NCBI GenBank assembly: GCA_035466435.1 | Contig: DATIUW010000300.1 | Coordinates: 911 to 64,910 of the forward strand | Direction of reading: 5' to 3' | Length of the DNA stretch: 64,000 nucleotides | DNA from: Polyangiales bacterium | GTDB lineage: Bacteria > Myxococcota_A > Polyangia > Polyangiales > Houyiibacteriaceae | Shown: positions 1 through 9,638 of the stretch, piece by piece | How positions within the stretch are numbered: the first letter of the stretch is position 1 | Layout: each line of letters begins with the position of its first letter | Made by a program: the position numbers and the translations under genes | The notes under the pieces: generated by a model | What the model was told of the DNA's origin: nothing | Databases searched by the model: none | The model's input: the letters and a program-made list of their open reading frames with translations, nothing else

Positions 1-934
1 GATCGGCGTCCCGAACCACCGGCGTCATCAATCCCTCGTCGATGGCGACGGCGACGGAAATGTCGACCACCTGGTGATGGTGAATCTCGGTGCCCATCCA
101 CGACGCATTGACCTCGGGCACCCTTCGCAAGGCGACGGCCGCCGCTTTGATGATGAGGTCATTCAGCGAAACTTTCTCGCCCTCGGCTTCGAGCGTGGCG
201 TTCATCGCTTCGCGCGCCTCGGAAAGCGGTGCGATGTCGACGTCGATGGTGAGGTAGTAGTGCGGAACGGTCTGCTTCGATTCGGTGAGCCGCCGCGCGA
301 TGGTCCGCCGCATGCTGCTCGCCTTCTCCACACGGGGGCTCGGCCGTTGGCCGAGAGGCGCTCGAGCGGGAGCCGCTGTAGGACCACGGTACGATTCGAC
401 GTCGCGCTTGATGACCCGGCCCTGCGGCCCGGTGCCCTTCACGTCCCGGAGGTCGATGTCGCGCTCCCGAGCGAGTTGCCGAACCAGAGGAGATGAAAGA
501 ATCCGCTCCCCATCCCGTCGCGCCTCCCGCCCCGCCGCCGATGCCGGCTCTGCCTCCGCCGCGGGCTCCGTGCTCGTCGTTGGCTCCGCCTCGGGCGCCG
601 GCTCTGCCTCGGCAGCTGGCTGTGCCTCGGGCGCCGCGTCTGCCGGCGCAGCCGACCCTGCCTCCAACTTCGCGAGTAGGTCGCTGATGTCCTCTCCAGC
701 CTTTCCGATGATCGCGACGGGCACGTCCGGCTCCAAGGTTTCTCCCTCAGGAACGAGAATCTTCAGCAGCACCCCCCGGTCGAACGAGCGGAACTCCATG
801 GTGGCCTTGTCGGTTTCCACCTCGGCCAAGAGGTCGTCGACCTCGACCTGGTCCCCTTCCTTTTTGGTCCACGCGACCAGCGTGCCTTCTTCCATCGTCG
901 GTGAGAGCTTTGGTAGTCCGATGATCTTGGCCAT
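1..934 (-). CDS. pdhC: Pyruvate/2-oxoacid dehydrogenase E2 (dihydrolipoamide acetyltransferase); C-terminus runs off the window start
   Basis: Not in the ORF track because it is open at the window edge. My own translation of the minus strand from the ATG at 934-932 gives MAKIIGLPKLSPTMEEGTLVAWTKKEGDQVEVDDLLAEVETDKATMEF (lipoyl-lysine motif). This is followed by an Ala/Pro/Glu-rich linker. At the window edge it reads ISVAVAIDEGLMTPVVRDAD (E2 catalytic core). It starts 3 nt downstream of the E1-beta stop. Confidence 0.88.
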   Translation of the reverse strand, partial: MAKIIGLPKLSPTMEEGTLVAWTKKEGDQVEVDDLLAEVETDKATMEFRSFDRGVLLKILVPEGETLEPDVPVAIIGKAGEDISDLLAKLEAGSAAPADAAPEAQPAAEAEPAPEAEPTTSTEPAAEAEPASAAGREARRDGERILSSPLVRQLARERDIDLRDVKGTGPQGRVIKRDVESYRGPTAAPARAPLGQRPSPRVEKASSMRRTIARRLTESKQTVPHYYLTIDVDIAPLSEAREAMNATLEAEGEKVSLNDLIIKAAAVALRRVPEVNASWMGTEIHHHQVVDISVAVAIDEGLMTPVVRDAD

Positions 935-937
935 GAT

Positions 938-1924
938 TCACTTCGCGTAGCTGACGCGCTTGACCGCGTCGATCACCCTCTGCTCGGTCGGAAGCACCTT
1001 GTCTTCCAGATTGAGCGCGTATGGCATTGGCACGTCGAGCGCGGTCACGCGTTCGAGCGGCGCGTCGAGGTAGTCGAAAGCCTCACGCTGCAGCCGGTCG
1101 ACGATCTCCGCGCCAGGGCCGCCGTAGGGCCAGTGTTCATGAACGATTACGCAACGATTCGTCTTCATCAGGCTCTTCACCATCAACGAGGTGTCGAGGG
1201 GCCGCAAGGTGCGAGGATCGATCACCTCGCACTCGATGCCGTCGGCGGCTAGCTTCTCGGCCGCGGCCATGACCGTGTAGTAAGGCCTGCCCCAGCTGAC
1301 GATCGTGCAGTCTCCTCCCGACCTCGCGAGGCGGCTTTCGCCGATGGGGATCAGCTCTTCTTCGCCTTCGTCCGGGACTTCGCCTTTGACGCCGTAGAGG
1401 GTTTCCCCTTCGAGAAAGATGACCGGATTGTTGCTGCGGATCGCGCTCTTCAGGAGCCCCTTGGCGTCGCGGGGCGTGCTCGGCTGAATCACGTACAGAC
1501 CGGGGATGTGAGCGTAGAACGGAGCGCAGCTGTGGCTGTGCTGCGCGGCCACCTGCTTGGCGGCCCCATTGGGCCCGCGAAATACGATGGGAACCTGAAT
1601 GGCGCCTGCGCTCATCTGATAGACCTTGGCGGCGTTGCTGATGATCTGATCGAAGGCAACGAAGGAGAAGTTCCACGTCATGAACTCGATGATTGGCCGG
1701 AGTCCCACCATCGCCGCACCGATGCCGACCCCCGCGAAGCCCGCTTCTGCAATCGGTGTGTCGACGACGCGGCGCTCGCCGAATTTCTCGAGTAGACCCT
1801 CAGACACTTTGTAGGCGCCTTGATAGTGTCCGACCTCCTCGCCCATGAGAAACACTCGCTCGTCACGCTCCATCTCTTCGAGCATGGCCTCTCGAAGCGC
1901 CTCTCGATAGCGCAGCTCTCTCAC
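938..1924 (-). CDS. pdhB: Pyruvate dehydrogenase E1 component, beta subunit
   Basis: 328-aa ORF with a transketolase-like pyrimidine-binding and C-terminal domain pattern (FLMGEEVG..YQGAYKVS, DTPIAEAGFAGVGIGAA). It overlaps the E1-alpha stop by ATGA (1921-1924). Confidence 0.9.
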   Translation of the reverse strand: MRELRYREALREAMLEEMERDERVFLMGEEVGHYQGAYKVSEGLLEKFGERRVVDTPIAEAGFAGVGIGAAMVGLRPIIEFMTWNFSFVAFDQIISNAAKVYQMSAGAIQVPIVFRGPNGAAKQVAAQHSHSCAPFYAHIPGLYVIQPSTPRDAKGLLKSAIRSNNPVIFLEGETLYGVKGEVPDEGEEELIPIGESRLARSGGDCTIVSWGRPYYTVMAAAEKLAADGIECEVIDPRTLRPLDTSLMVKSLMKTNRCVIVHEHWPYGGPGAEIVDRLQREAFDYLDAPLERVTALDVPMPYALNLEDKVLPTEQRVIDAVKRVSYAK

Positions 1925-2928
1925 GACGCCTCCTCGGGTGCGAGCACCGTGCTCATCATCACGTCTTCGCGAGCCGGCTCCGATTCCTCGGCGAAACGCA
2001 CCGCTTCCTCGATCTCCTCGTCGACCTCGAGATCGATGTCATCGAGGGTGTTCTCGTCGACCCCCATCTCGAGCAGCCGGTTGCGGACGACGACGATCGG
2101 ATCTTGCTGTTTGCGTTGATCGAGCTCGGTTTGCGTTCGGTACTTGGCAGGATCGCTCATGGAGTGTCCTCGAAAGCGATAGGTGAGAATCTCGACGAAG
2201 GTGGGGCCGCCGCCAGTGCGGGCGCGATCGATCGCTTCACCGAGGCGTTTCTCCACGAGCTCGACGTCGTGCCCTTCGAAACGATCACCCTCCATGCCGT
2301 AGCCCTTGGCCTTGATGGACAGGTTCTTGAGGGGGCTCGTTCGCTCGAGCGGGGTCCCCATGGCGTATTGGTTGTTCTCGCAGACGAACACCACCGGAAG
2401 CTTCCATAGACCCGCGAGGCTCATGGCCTCGTGAAAACCACCGATGTTGATGGAGCCATCTCCGAAGAAGCAAATCGTCACTCGATCCTCTCCGGAATAC
2501 TTCGCTTTGAAGGCAGTTCCCGCGGCAAGCGCCATGTGTCCCCCTACGATCGCCCAGCCTCCGAGGAAGCCTCGCTCGACGTCGAAGAAATGCATGGACC
2601 CGCCGAGCCCGCGCGAGCATCCCGTGTCCTTTCCGAAGAGCTCGGCCATCGCAGCCTTCGGCGACATCCCGCGCGCGAGTGCAATGCCGTGATCCCGGTA
2701 GGTCTGAAAGATGTAATCACCCTCCTCGAGAGCCTCTACGGCACCGACCGCGATCGCTTCTTGTCCGATGTAGAGATGAAGAAAGCCACCGATCTTGCCT
2801 TTGGCATAGTTTCGAGCCGCTTCTTCCTCGAAGCGACGAATCACCATGATCATGCGGTACTGTCGGAGCAGCGCGTCTTTGTCCGGCAACGAAAACCCCC
2901 GTGCTAGTCGCTCAAACTCGAGCTTCAT
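1921..2928 (-). CDS. pdhA: Pyruvate dehydrogenase E1 component, alpha subunit (ThDP-binding)
   Basis: 335-aa ORF. The GGFLHLYIGQEA signature is typical of heterotetrameric PDH-type E1-alpha. It has a ThDP motif (GDGSINIGGFHEAMSLAG..ENNQYAMGT). Gene order is E1a-E1b-E2. Confidence 0.9.
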   Translation of the reverse strand: MKLEFERLARGFSLPDKDALLRQYRMIMVIRRFEEEAARNYAKGKIGGFLHLYIGQEAIAVGAVEALEEGDYIFQTYRDHGIALARGMSPKAAMAELFGKDTGCSRGLGGSMHFFDVERGFLGGWAIVGGHMALAAGTAFKAKYSGEDRVTICFFGDGSINIGGFHEAMSLAGLWKLPVVFVCENNQYAMGTPLERTSPLKNLSIKAKGYGMEGDRFEGHDVELVEKRLGEAIDRARTGGGPTFVEILTYRFRGHSMSDPAKYRTQTELDQRKQQDPIVVVRNRLLEMGVDENTLDDIDLEVDEEIEEAVRFAEESEPAREDVMMSTVLAPEEAS

Positions 2929-3024
2929 CCATTGTACGACGCAATCGAGCGAAGTTACACATACAGCGTACTACAGTGACGCACTTGTTTGGCTTATCTC
3001 GCCCGAACTGCCTAGGATTGAACC

Positions 3025-4080
3025 GTGCGGATTCACACCTTGAGGGGGGCGAAGCTCGAGGAATCCCTTCTCGGGACATCGAGCACGCGGGCGCGGCCGG
3101 TGGTGCGCGTGCTCGACGAAGGCCTCCACGCAGCGGCCGTGGCCGTGCGTGCCACCGCGGGCGCCATTTTCGTGGGCCGAGGCGCGGATGGCATGCGCTG
3201 TGTCGCCGCATTCGGCGCCGACGCGAAGCATCTGCTCGAGCGCGGGATGCCACCGCACCGTGATCTCGCCAAGCGCGTCCTCGATCGGCGCACGCCACTG
3301 GTGGAGTCGGCGCCAGACGCGGATCCCCAGTTTCCCGCGCGTTCTGCGCACAAGACGCGAGTGGCTCTACTGGCCCCTTTACGCGATGGAAACAAGCCGA
3401 TCGGCATGCTTCAGCTCGTGAACCCGAAGACACCGTCTCGATTCACGGCGCATGACGTCCGTGTGATGGGCGGATTGGCGCGTCATGTCGCGACCTCGTT
3501 GATTCAAACCTCTTCCCTTCGCCGCCAGGAAGGGCTCGCCGCACACGATCCCTTGACCGGGCTTCGAAACGTCCGCGAGCTGAACGACCAGTTGAAGAAG
3601 GCCGTCGCGGCTGCCCGGAGGGCGGAACGTGACATGGCGCTCATGTTCGTCGACGTAGATCACCTGAAGCGCGTCAACAGCAAGCTCGGACATGCGGCTG
3701 GAAGCGAGGCGCTGAAGCGCACGGGCAAGGCGCTTCATGAAGCGGTCGTCGGTGTCGGTGACGTGTTTCGATTCGGCGGAGACGAGTTCATCGTGCTGCA
3801 GCCGAACGCATCGAAGGAAAGCGCTCGAGCGTTGGCGGACCACTTGCGGAGTCACGTGGCCGCGAGCACGGCGGGCCCGATGCGCGTCGGAGGGACGCTT
3901 CCCAAGATCACCATATCGATCGGAGTCTCCACGCTGGGTGGCTTGCGCGACCTCGACGGCGGACGCGCAGGTGATCTGAAAGCCCGCCTGATGACGACGG
4001 CGGACCGTGCATTGTTTCGCGCGAAGTCGGGCGGCCGAAACCGAGTCGTGCTCGCTACGGCACGCGATGACCGGCTGTGA
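3025..4080 (+). CDS. GAF domain-containing diguanylate cyclase (GGDEF)
   Basis: 351-aa ORF. The N-terminal half is GAF-like (..PIGMLQLVNPK..FTAHDVRVMGGLARHV). The C-terminal half is a GGDEF domain (DPLTGLRN, FVDVDHLKRVN, active-site FRFGGDEFIV). I see no RxxD I-site five residues upstream of GGDEF. The start codon is uncertain (GTG at 3025). Confidence 0.85.
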   Translation: MRIHTLRGAKLEESLLGTSSTRARPVVRVLDEGLHAAAVAVRATAGAIFVGRGADGMRCVAAFGADAKHLLERGMPPHRDLAKRVLDRRTPLVESAPDADPQFPARSAHKTRVALLAPLRDGNKPIGMLQLVNPKTPSRFTAHDVRVMGGLARHVATSLIQTSSLRRQEGLAAHDPLTGLRNVRELNDQLKKAVAAARRAERDMALMFVDVDHLKRVNSKLGHAAGSEALKRTGKALHEAVVGVGDVFRFGGDEFIVLQPNASKESARALADHLRSHVAASTAGPMRVGGTLPKITISIGVSTLGGLRDLDGGRAGDLKARLMTTADRALFRAKSGGRNRVVLATARDDRL

Positions 4081-4105
4081 CCCGCAGGCTGCTCGAATCC
4101 GCAGC

Positions 4106-6934
4106 TCAGGCGACGGCGTTGAAACGTCGTTCCGCGACCGCTTGGAGATACTGCTCGGTGTTCGACTCGATGCGAGCTTTCGCCTCGACTGGGTCTTCCT
4201 CGACGAAGCTTTCGTCGGGGGTGACTTTGAATAGCGGCTGACCTTTCGAAACGATGGTGCCGTTCGACTCGACCAAGATCTTGTCGACCGTGCCGGCGAA
4301 AGGTGCGTAGACCTTGTTGAACATCTTCATGACTTCGACGATGTAGAGCGGATCTCCCGTCTCGAAGTGCTGCCCCTCTTGGACGAAATGAGGCATGCCC
4401 GGCGCTTCTTGCGCGTAGTACATGCCGCCGCTCACCGCGACGATCTCGTCCGCCTTGTTGACCGGGGGGGGGACCAGGACCTTCTTCATCTTCGCTTGGT
4501 GATCGCGATCGAGAAGCCGCTTGGGGATGGTGATGGTCAGGTCTTCGTTCACTCGCAGATCGAAGAAGCCGACCCTGTCCGCGATGAGCGGCAGTAACCC
4601 GTAGAGCTCGGTGCCCAGCTGAAATCCGAGATGCGCCTGGCGCACCTGGGACCAACGCTTCGGGTCGAAACCCTTCGGCGGCGTCTTGGACTTCAGCAAC
4701 TGATCGAGCTCGGGCCACGGCATCTCGCCGACCTTCTCCTCGATTGCAGCATAGAAGGCAGCACCCTCTTCGAGAAGGTCTTGGTCTTGCTCCCAAATGC
4801 GATGGGCAGCAGGCAGCTCCGCTGCCGCGTCCATGTAGAGCAAGTAATACGAATCGATCAGCACGAAGAACGGATTGCGGCGCCACGTCACGCGACCGCC
4901 CTCCACCTCGAAGGACTCCCTGTTGGCGCTCAGCCACGCCGAAAGCAGATGCGGTTGCCTGAGGACGCGACCGAGCGGCCTGCCGAGCAAGGTCTTCTTG
5001 AGGACGCAGATCTCCTCGGTCGACTTCGTCGCAGCCGCGTCGTCTTTGGCGGCAGCGAGGTACCGGCGGCACAGCCTTTCGAAGGCGTAGTCCGCGTCGA
5101 TCTCGTTGGCCTCTCGCAAGAGCTCTCCCAAGAGCGTCAGGTAAGGAACCACGAACTGTGTAGTCGGCTTTGCATCGACGCCGTTGGCGAGGAACCAATT
5201 CACCAACCCGTAGTGGAACTGCAGATTGGTCTGCAACTCCGGGCCGCGAAGCACCGTACGCCGCAGCACCTCGCGAAGATGCTCGTAGCTTTGACGGCGG
5301 TCGTCGCCCACGGTGACGAGCAGCGCGATGTTGCTGTCGTATGCGCCGGCGAGCTTGTAGCGCACGAAGAGGCCGGTATCCGGATTCTTGAAGCAAATCC
5401 CCTGATCGTCGCGGACCTCTCCTTCGATCGGATCGGACCACGACATGATCTCGCCGCCCGCGTGGGGCGAGAGCGAATCGTCGGTGGCGTTGAGCCGGGC
5501 TTCGACAGCCGCGGCAGACCGCTGCACGCGCTCGGGCCGAGGAAGTCGAGCCTTGTGCTTTGCGAGGAGCGCCATGGCTTCGACCACGGAATGGACGTCG
5601 AACCAGTCGTCGGGGTCCTCCGGGTTTTGGAAGCGCAACGCATAGCAGAGCTCGGAGACTCGATGCTCCACCTGAATGCGCGTGTTCATCTCCATGAAGT
5701 AGTGGCGTGGCCCGTCCACGATGCACTCGAAGGTCGACGCCGAATCGAGCTTCACCGCCTCGCCGAAGCGCTCCGCCTCCTGCTCCATTCGGCGCAAGAT
5801 GTTCAGGTCCTGCTCGATGGCGGCCGCCTTCGCTTCATTTCCCGACGCTAGCTCGCGCTCCACGGCCGCCGCTAGCGTCTCCTGGGTGATCGAAACTTCG
5901 AGAAGCTTCTGCTCGTGCATCTGCAAAGAGCAATCGCGGCCGCCGAGCGAGACGGCCCATTGTCCGTTTCCGATGAGCTGAATCTCGTTGTGACGAGTCG
6001 TTTCGATGTTGAGCTCGACGAGGATGTTCTTGTTGTCTCCCACGCCGAGGGCCTTCACCTCGCCGAGGATTTCGCGAACCATGCCCGGCGCTTGGTTGGG
6101 TGAGCTGAGGATGCGCTGACCTTTGCCGCCGCCGCCACCGATGGCCTTGAGTCGGACTCTGGTGCCGGGATACTCGTCGAGAATCGACGCCACCTCGATC
6201 GCTATCTGCTCACCGAGCTCCTCGACCGTGTAGAGGTCGATGTGGGCCGAGTACGCGGCATCCAAGACTGCATCGGCCACCACCTCTAGACGCAGCGACT
6301 CGTCGTCGATCTCGGGAACGTCGAGACCATGCTCTTTGGCGACCTTGCGCAATGACTTTCGATCGGGATGCCTTCTGAGCAGAAGCCGCGCGGTGGCATC
6401 GTTGACTCCAGGCGTGACGCTCACGCCGACTTCCTCGGCCGTTCGCTTCGCCTCGTCTTTGAAGCCCGCTGCTTGCACCGTGTGTGAGCACGGCCCGATG
6501 AAACGAAGCCCGGCCTCCTCGATCGAACGCACGAACTCCTCGTCCTCGGCCATGAACCCGTAGCCGGCGAAGATGTAGTCGTAGCCGTTGTCCTTCGCGA
6601 TACCGATGATCTCGGCGATGCGCTCGTGCCGCTCTTCCTTGCTCGCGCCGGTGTAGTCCTGGACCGCGTGCACCCGGGACGGGTCGAGTCGCCGCAGCTC
6701 GGGAGCAAGCGCACGCGGATACACGATCGAGTCCTTCTCGGACAGGAGGATTCCGACTTTGGTCATCCCCATCTCGCCGAACACGTCCAGCGCCTCCTGC
6801 CGGATTGGGCCGCGGCATACGATGAGAACGGTCATGTCCTCGCAACTGAACGATCGCACCCACTCGGACTCGGCTTCACCGAGTCGGCGGTCGCGATGAA
6901 TCAGGGGGTTGTTCAAATAGAGATCGGAAGCCAT
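4106..6934 (-). CDS. Biotin-dependent acyl-CoA carboxylase alpha subunit (biotin carboxylase fused to BCCP), unusually long
   Basis: It has biotin carboxylase motifs (GGGGKGQRIL P-loop, EMNTRIQVEH) and a C-terminal biotinyl domain (IVEVMKMFNKV). The start is taken at [10 protein letters not shown] (ATG 6934-6932), which overlaps the upstream carboxyltransferase stop as TGATG. The track ORF extends to 7135, but that part overlaps the upstream gene. Confidence 0.85.
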   Translation of the reverse strand: MASDLYLNNPLIHRDRRLGEAESEWVRSFSCEDMTVLIVCRGPIRQEALDVFGEMGMTKVGILLSEKDSIVYPRALAPELRRLDPSRVHAVQDYTGASKEERHERIAEIIGIAKDNGYDYIFAGYGFMAEDEEFVRSIEEAGLRFIGPCSHTVQAAGFKDEAKRTAEEVGVSVTPGVNDATARLLLRRHPDRKSLRKVAKEHGLDVPEIDDESLRLEVVADAVLDAAYSAHIDLYTVEELGEQIAIEVASILDEYPGTRVRLKAIGGGGGKGQRILSSPNQAPGMVREILGEVKALGVGDNKNILVELNIETTRHNEIQLIGNGQWAVSLGGRDCSLQMHEQKLLEVSITQETLAAAVERELASGNEAKAAAIEQDLNILRRMEQEAERFGEAVKLDSASTFECIVDGPRHYFMEMNTRIQVEHRVSELCYALRFQNPEDPDDWFDVHSVVEAMALLAKHKARLPRPERVQRSAAAVEARLNATDDSLSPHAGGEIMSWSDPIEGEVRDDQGICFKNPDTGLFVRYKLAGAYDSNIALLVTVGDDRRQSYEHLREVLRRTVLRGPELQTNLQFHYGLVNWFLANGVDAKPTTQFVVPYLTLLGELLREANEIDADYAFERLCRRYLAAAKDDAAATKSTEEICVLKKTLLGRPLGRVLRQPHLLSAWLSANRESFEVEGGRVTWRRNPFFVLIDSYYLLYMDAAAELPAAHRIWEQDQDLLEEGAAFYAAIEEKVGEMPWPELDQLLKSKTPPKGFDPKRWSQVRQAHLGFQLGTELYGLLPLIADRVGFFDLRVNEDLTITIPKRLLDRDHQAKMKKVLVPPPVNKADEIVAVSGGMYYAQEAPGMPHFVQEGQHFETGDPLYIVEVMKMFNKVYAPFAGTVDKILVESNGTIVSKGQPLFKVTPDESFVEEDPVEAKARIESNTEQYLQAVAERRFNAVA

Positions 6935-8640
6935 CAGTGGAACTCGCGCTGAACCCCGAGCAACGGTCCGGGGGTATAGTGAGACAAGTAGAAGTTGAGG
7001 CTTCGGGTCAGCGCGGCTCTCACGTCCGTCGGCATGACGATCTCGGAGATCGAGCCGAGGCTCAACGCCTCCTTGGGATTCATGAGCTCTTTCTCGTAGC
7101 GAATGTTGAAGGCGGCTTCCTGCTCCTTCACCCATGCCGCAGCTTCGGCTTCTGCCTCTTCTTTGGATGCACCGGCATCGAGCGCTTCGCGCAAACGCGC
7201 TTTCGCCCGGTTCCGCATGTCTCGGATCTCCTGCTTGTAGACGAATTCCTTGCCCGCCGGGCCCATCACGGCGACGCGGGTCGTGGGCAGCGCCATCACG
7301 TGATCGGCGCCGGTCGCGTAGCAGTTGAACGCAGCATAGGCGCCGCCGAATGCGTTGCGGATGATCAAGAGGAGGCGAGGGGTTCGCAGATCGATGATCG
7401 AATCGAGCATGGCGCGGCCCGCCTGGACGATGCCTCGGCTTTCCTGGTCGCGGCCGGGCAAGAACCCCGTGGTGTCCTCCATGAAGATGACGGGGATGTT
7501 GTAGAGGTTGCAGAAGCGAATGAACCGAGAGTTCTTGAAGGCGGCGTCGACGTCGATCTGTCCGGAGGCGACCGCGCTGTTGTTGCAGACGAACCCGGCC
7601 ACGTTGCCGCCGAGACGGCCGAATGCGGTAATCGTATTGCGCGCGCGCTGGGGCTGAAGCTCGAAGTAGTCGCCGTGGTCGCAGATTTGCTGAAGGATGA
7701 TGCTGACGTCGATGGGGGTATTGAAGCCGGTCGGGGAATTGAAAGCCTTGCGCAGCAGCGTGTCGATCTGGCCCGTCGGACGCTCGATTGGATCCGAGGT
7801 GTCCTGATAGGGCGCGAATTCGTGGTTGTTTCCGGGCAGGTAGCTCAGTAGGCGCCGCGCCGTCCTCAGCGCACCGACCTCGTCGCGCACCGTGAGGTCC
7901 ACCACGCCGCTCTGTCCGTGAACACCAGGTCCACCGAGCTCGTCGGCGGTGACATCCTCACCGAGCACGGACTTGACGACGCCTGGACCGGTCAAGCCAA
8001 AGAAGGTGTTCTCGGGTTGGATCATGAAGCTGCCCTGCCGTGGCAGGTACGATCCGCCGCCCGCGTTGTAGCCGAACATGCACATGATGCTCGGCACGAC
8101 GCCGCTGATTTTCCGTAGAGCGGTAAACGCTTCCGCGTAACCATCGAGGCCTCCGATGCCCGCCGGCACGAACGCCCCTGCGCTGTCATTCATCCCGATG
8201 AGGGGAATCCCTTGCTCACCGGCAAGACGAATCACGTTCGCGAGCTTCTTTCCGTTCGTCGCATCCATCGAGCCGGCACGAACGGTGAAGTCGTGACCGT
8301 AGAGCGCGACGTTGCGTCCCTGAATCTTGATGATCGCGGTGACGATCGAGGCGCCATCGAGGTTGGGACCCCAGTTCTGAAACAGAACGGTGGGCTCGGT
8401 GCCGGGATCGCGCAGCACGTCGATTCGTTCCCAAACCGTCATGCGGCGCTTGGCGTGCTGCCGTCCGATCTGTACCGGACCCGCCGCAGTGCGCGGACGC
8501 TCACGCAGCGCCTCGCCCTCGCGAAGCGCTTCGTCGTAGGGGCCTTGTGCCCTGGCCGGCTTGGCTGTCGGGCGACTCTCGCGATCCAATTCGTGGAACG
8601 GATTGCGAACGCTGGGAATCAAAACATCCTTGTCGGGCAT
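6934..8640 (-). CDS. Acyl-CoA carboxylase carboxyltransferase (beta) subunit
   Basis: It has the carboxyl-transferase fold pattern of the PccB/MccB family ([29 protein letters not shown]). The start is taken at MPDKDVLIP (8640). An alternative ATG at 8679 sits in the centre of a palindrome and adds a nonsense-looking 13 aa. Confidence 0.85.
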   Translation of the reverse strand: MPDKDVLIPSVRNPFHELDRESRPTAKPARAQGPYDEALREGEALRERPRTAAGPVQIGRQHAKRRMTVWERIDVLRDPGTEPTVLFQNWGPNLDGASIVTAIIKIQGRNVALYGHDFTVRAGSMDATNGKKLANVIRLAGEQGIPLIGMNDSAGAFVPAGIGGLDGYAEAFTALRKISGVVPSIMCMFGYNAGGGSYLPRQGSFMIQPENTFFGLTGPGVVKSVLGEDVTADELGGPGVHGQSGVVDLTVRDEVGALRTARRLLSYLPGNNHEFAPYQDTSDPIERPTGQIDTLLRKAFNSPTGFNTPIDVSIILQQICDHGDYFELQPQRARNTITAFGRLGGNVAGFVCNNSAVASGQIDVDAAFKNSRFIRFCNLYNIPVIFMEDTTGFLPGRDQESRGIVQAGRAMLDSIIDLRTPRLLLIIRNAFGGAYAAFNCYATGADHVMALPTTRVAVMGPAGKEFVYKQEIRDMRNRAKARLREALDAGASKEEAEAEAAAWVKEQEAAFNIRYEKELMNPKEALSLGSISEIVMPTDVRAALTRSLNFYLSHYTPGPLLGVQREFH

Positions 8641-8667
8641 AACCACACTTACCCACACGGGGCAGCG

Positions 8668-8687
8668 CAGAAGCCACATGGCTTCTG
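8668..8687. promoter_or_regulatory. 20-bp palindrome CAGAAGCCA-CA-TGGCTTCTG in the divergent carboxylase / IMPase intergenic region
   Basis: Read directly from the sequence: perfect 9-bp arms with a 2-nt spacer. It lies 28 bp upstream of the carboxyltransferase start codon. A 2-nt spacer fits a dimeric DNA-binding site better than an RNA hairpin. Confidence 0.4.
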
Positions 8688-8782
8688 AGCGAACGGCCTT
8701 TTACGGGTTTTGCGATCGAAATGCCAGTGAACACCCACCAGATGCGCAGCGGCACGTGGCGCGCAACCGGAAATCCGCGAAA

Positions 8783-9607
8783 ATGCAGGACTTCATGCCT
8801 TCGAAGGACGAAGCTCAGCACGCCCTGACGGTCGCCGTTCAGGTAGCCCAAGAAGCCGGGGCGCTCGCAATGCGGGGCTGGCGCCACAGTGCAGCGGTCA
8901 CGCGCAAGGGCCGCTTCGACCTGTTGACCGACTATGACCTCGCGAGCGAGCGGTTGATCCGCGAGCGCTTGCAGCAAGAGTTTCCATCGCATCGGATCGT
9001 CGGAGAAGAAGGGGAAGAGACCGGCGAGGGAGAGCTGGTCTGGTACGTGGATCCGATCGACGGCACGACGAACTTCGTGCACGGACACTTCTTCTTCGGT
9101 GTTTCCATCGCGTTGTACCGCGGATCGGAGGGGCTAGCCGCAGTGGTCCACGCACCGGCCTTGGGCGTGACTTGGAAAGCCGCAAGCGGCTTGGGGGCCT
9201 TTCGCAATGAAGAGCCGTGCGTCGTTTCGCAGCGCGCCCACCTCGAAGAAGCGGTTTGTGCCACCGGCTTTCCGTACGACCGGTCGAGCCCGGATGACAA
9301 TCACAGGGAGCTCGCGCTGTTCCTTCAGCGCGTCCGTGGAGTTCGGCGCTGCGGTTCCGCCGCAATCGACCTCGCGTTGGTAGCCGATGGGACCTACGAC
9401 ATTTACTGGGAAAAAGACCTGAACGCGTGGGACATGTGCGCCGGGGCCTTGCTCATCCTCGAGGCGGGCGGACGGCTGTCCGGTTACGAGGGTGAACCCG
9501 CCGATCCTCGCTCGGGCCGACTCATCGCATCCAACGGGGTGCTTCACGACGCGGCCGTTCGAACGGTTCGTGAGGCTCGCGAGACACTTCGAACGAACAA
9601 TCCGTGA
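8783..9607 (+). CDS. Inositol monophosphatase family protein (SuhB/CysQ-like)
   Basis: It has IMPase motifs (WYVDPIDGTTNF, WDMCAGALLILEAGG). The start is chosen at MQDFMPSKDE. In-frame upstream ATG/GTG codons exist at 8561 and 8678. Confidence 0.8.
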   Translation: MQDFMPSKDEAQHALTVAVQVAQEAGALAMRGWRHSAAVTRKGRFDLLTDYDLASERLIRERLQQEFPSHRIVGEEGEETGEGELVWYVDPIDGTTNFVHGHFFFGVSIALYRGSEGLAAVVHAPALGVTWKAASGLGAFRNEEPCVVSQRAHLEEAVCATGFPYDRSSPDDNHRELALFLQRVRGVRRCGSAAIDLALVADGTYDIYWEKDLNAWDMCAGALLILEAGGRLSGYEGEPADPRSGRLIASNGVLHDAAVRTVREARETLRTNNP

Positions 9608-9638
9608 ATCGTCGCTCCGCGGCCGATACACTGGTTCC

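Noticed and set aside
540-660. Periodic GC-rich repeats (gcc..gcctc..ggc) that could suggest a tandem DNA repeat
   Set aside because: On the minus strand they encode the Ala/Pro/Glu-rich inter-domain linker of the E2 acetyltransferase. This is protein-level low complexity, not a structured DNA repeat or CRISPR array.
3852-5726. 624-aa minus-strand ORF in the track
   Set aside because: It overlaps the biotin carboxylase-BCCP gene out of frame and the end of the GGDEF gene on the opposite strand. The product is extremely Arg/Ala/Gly/Pro-rich with no motifs, the typical alternative-frame shadow of a high-GC gene.
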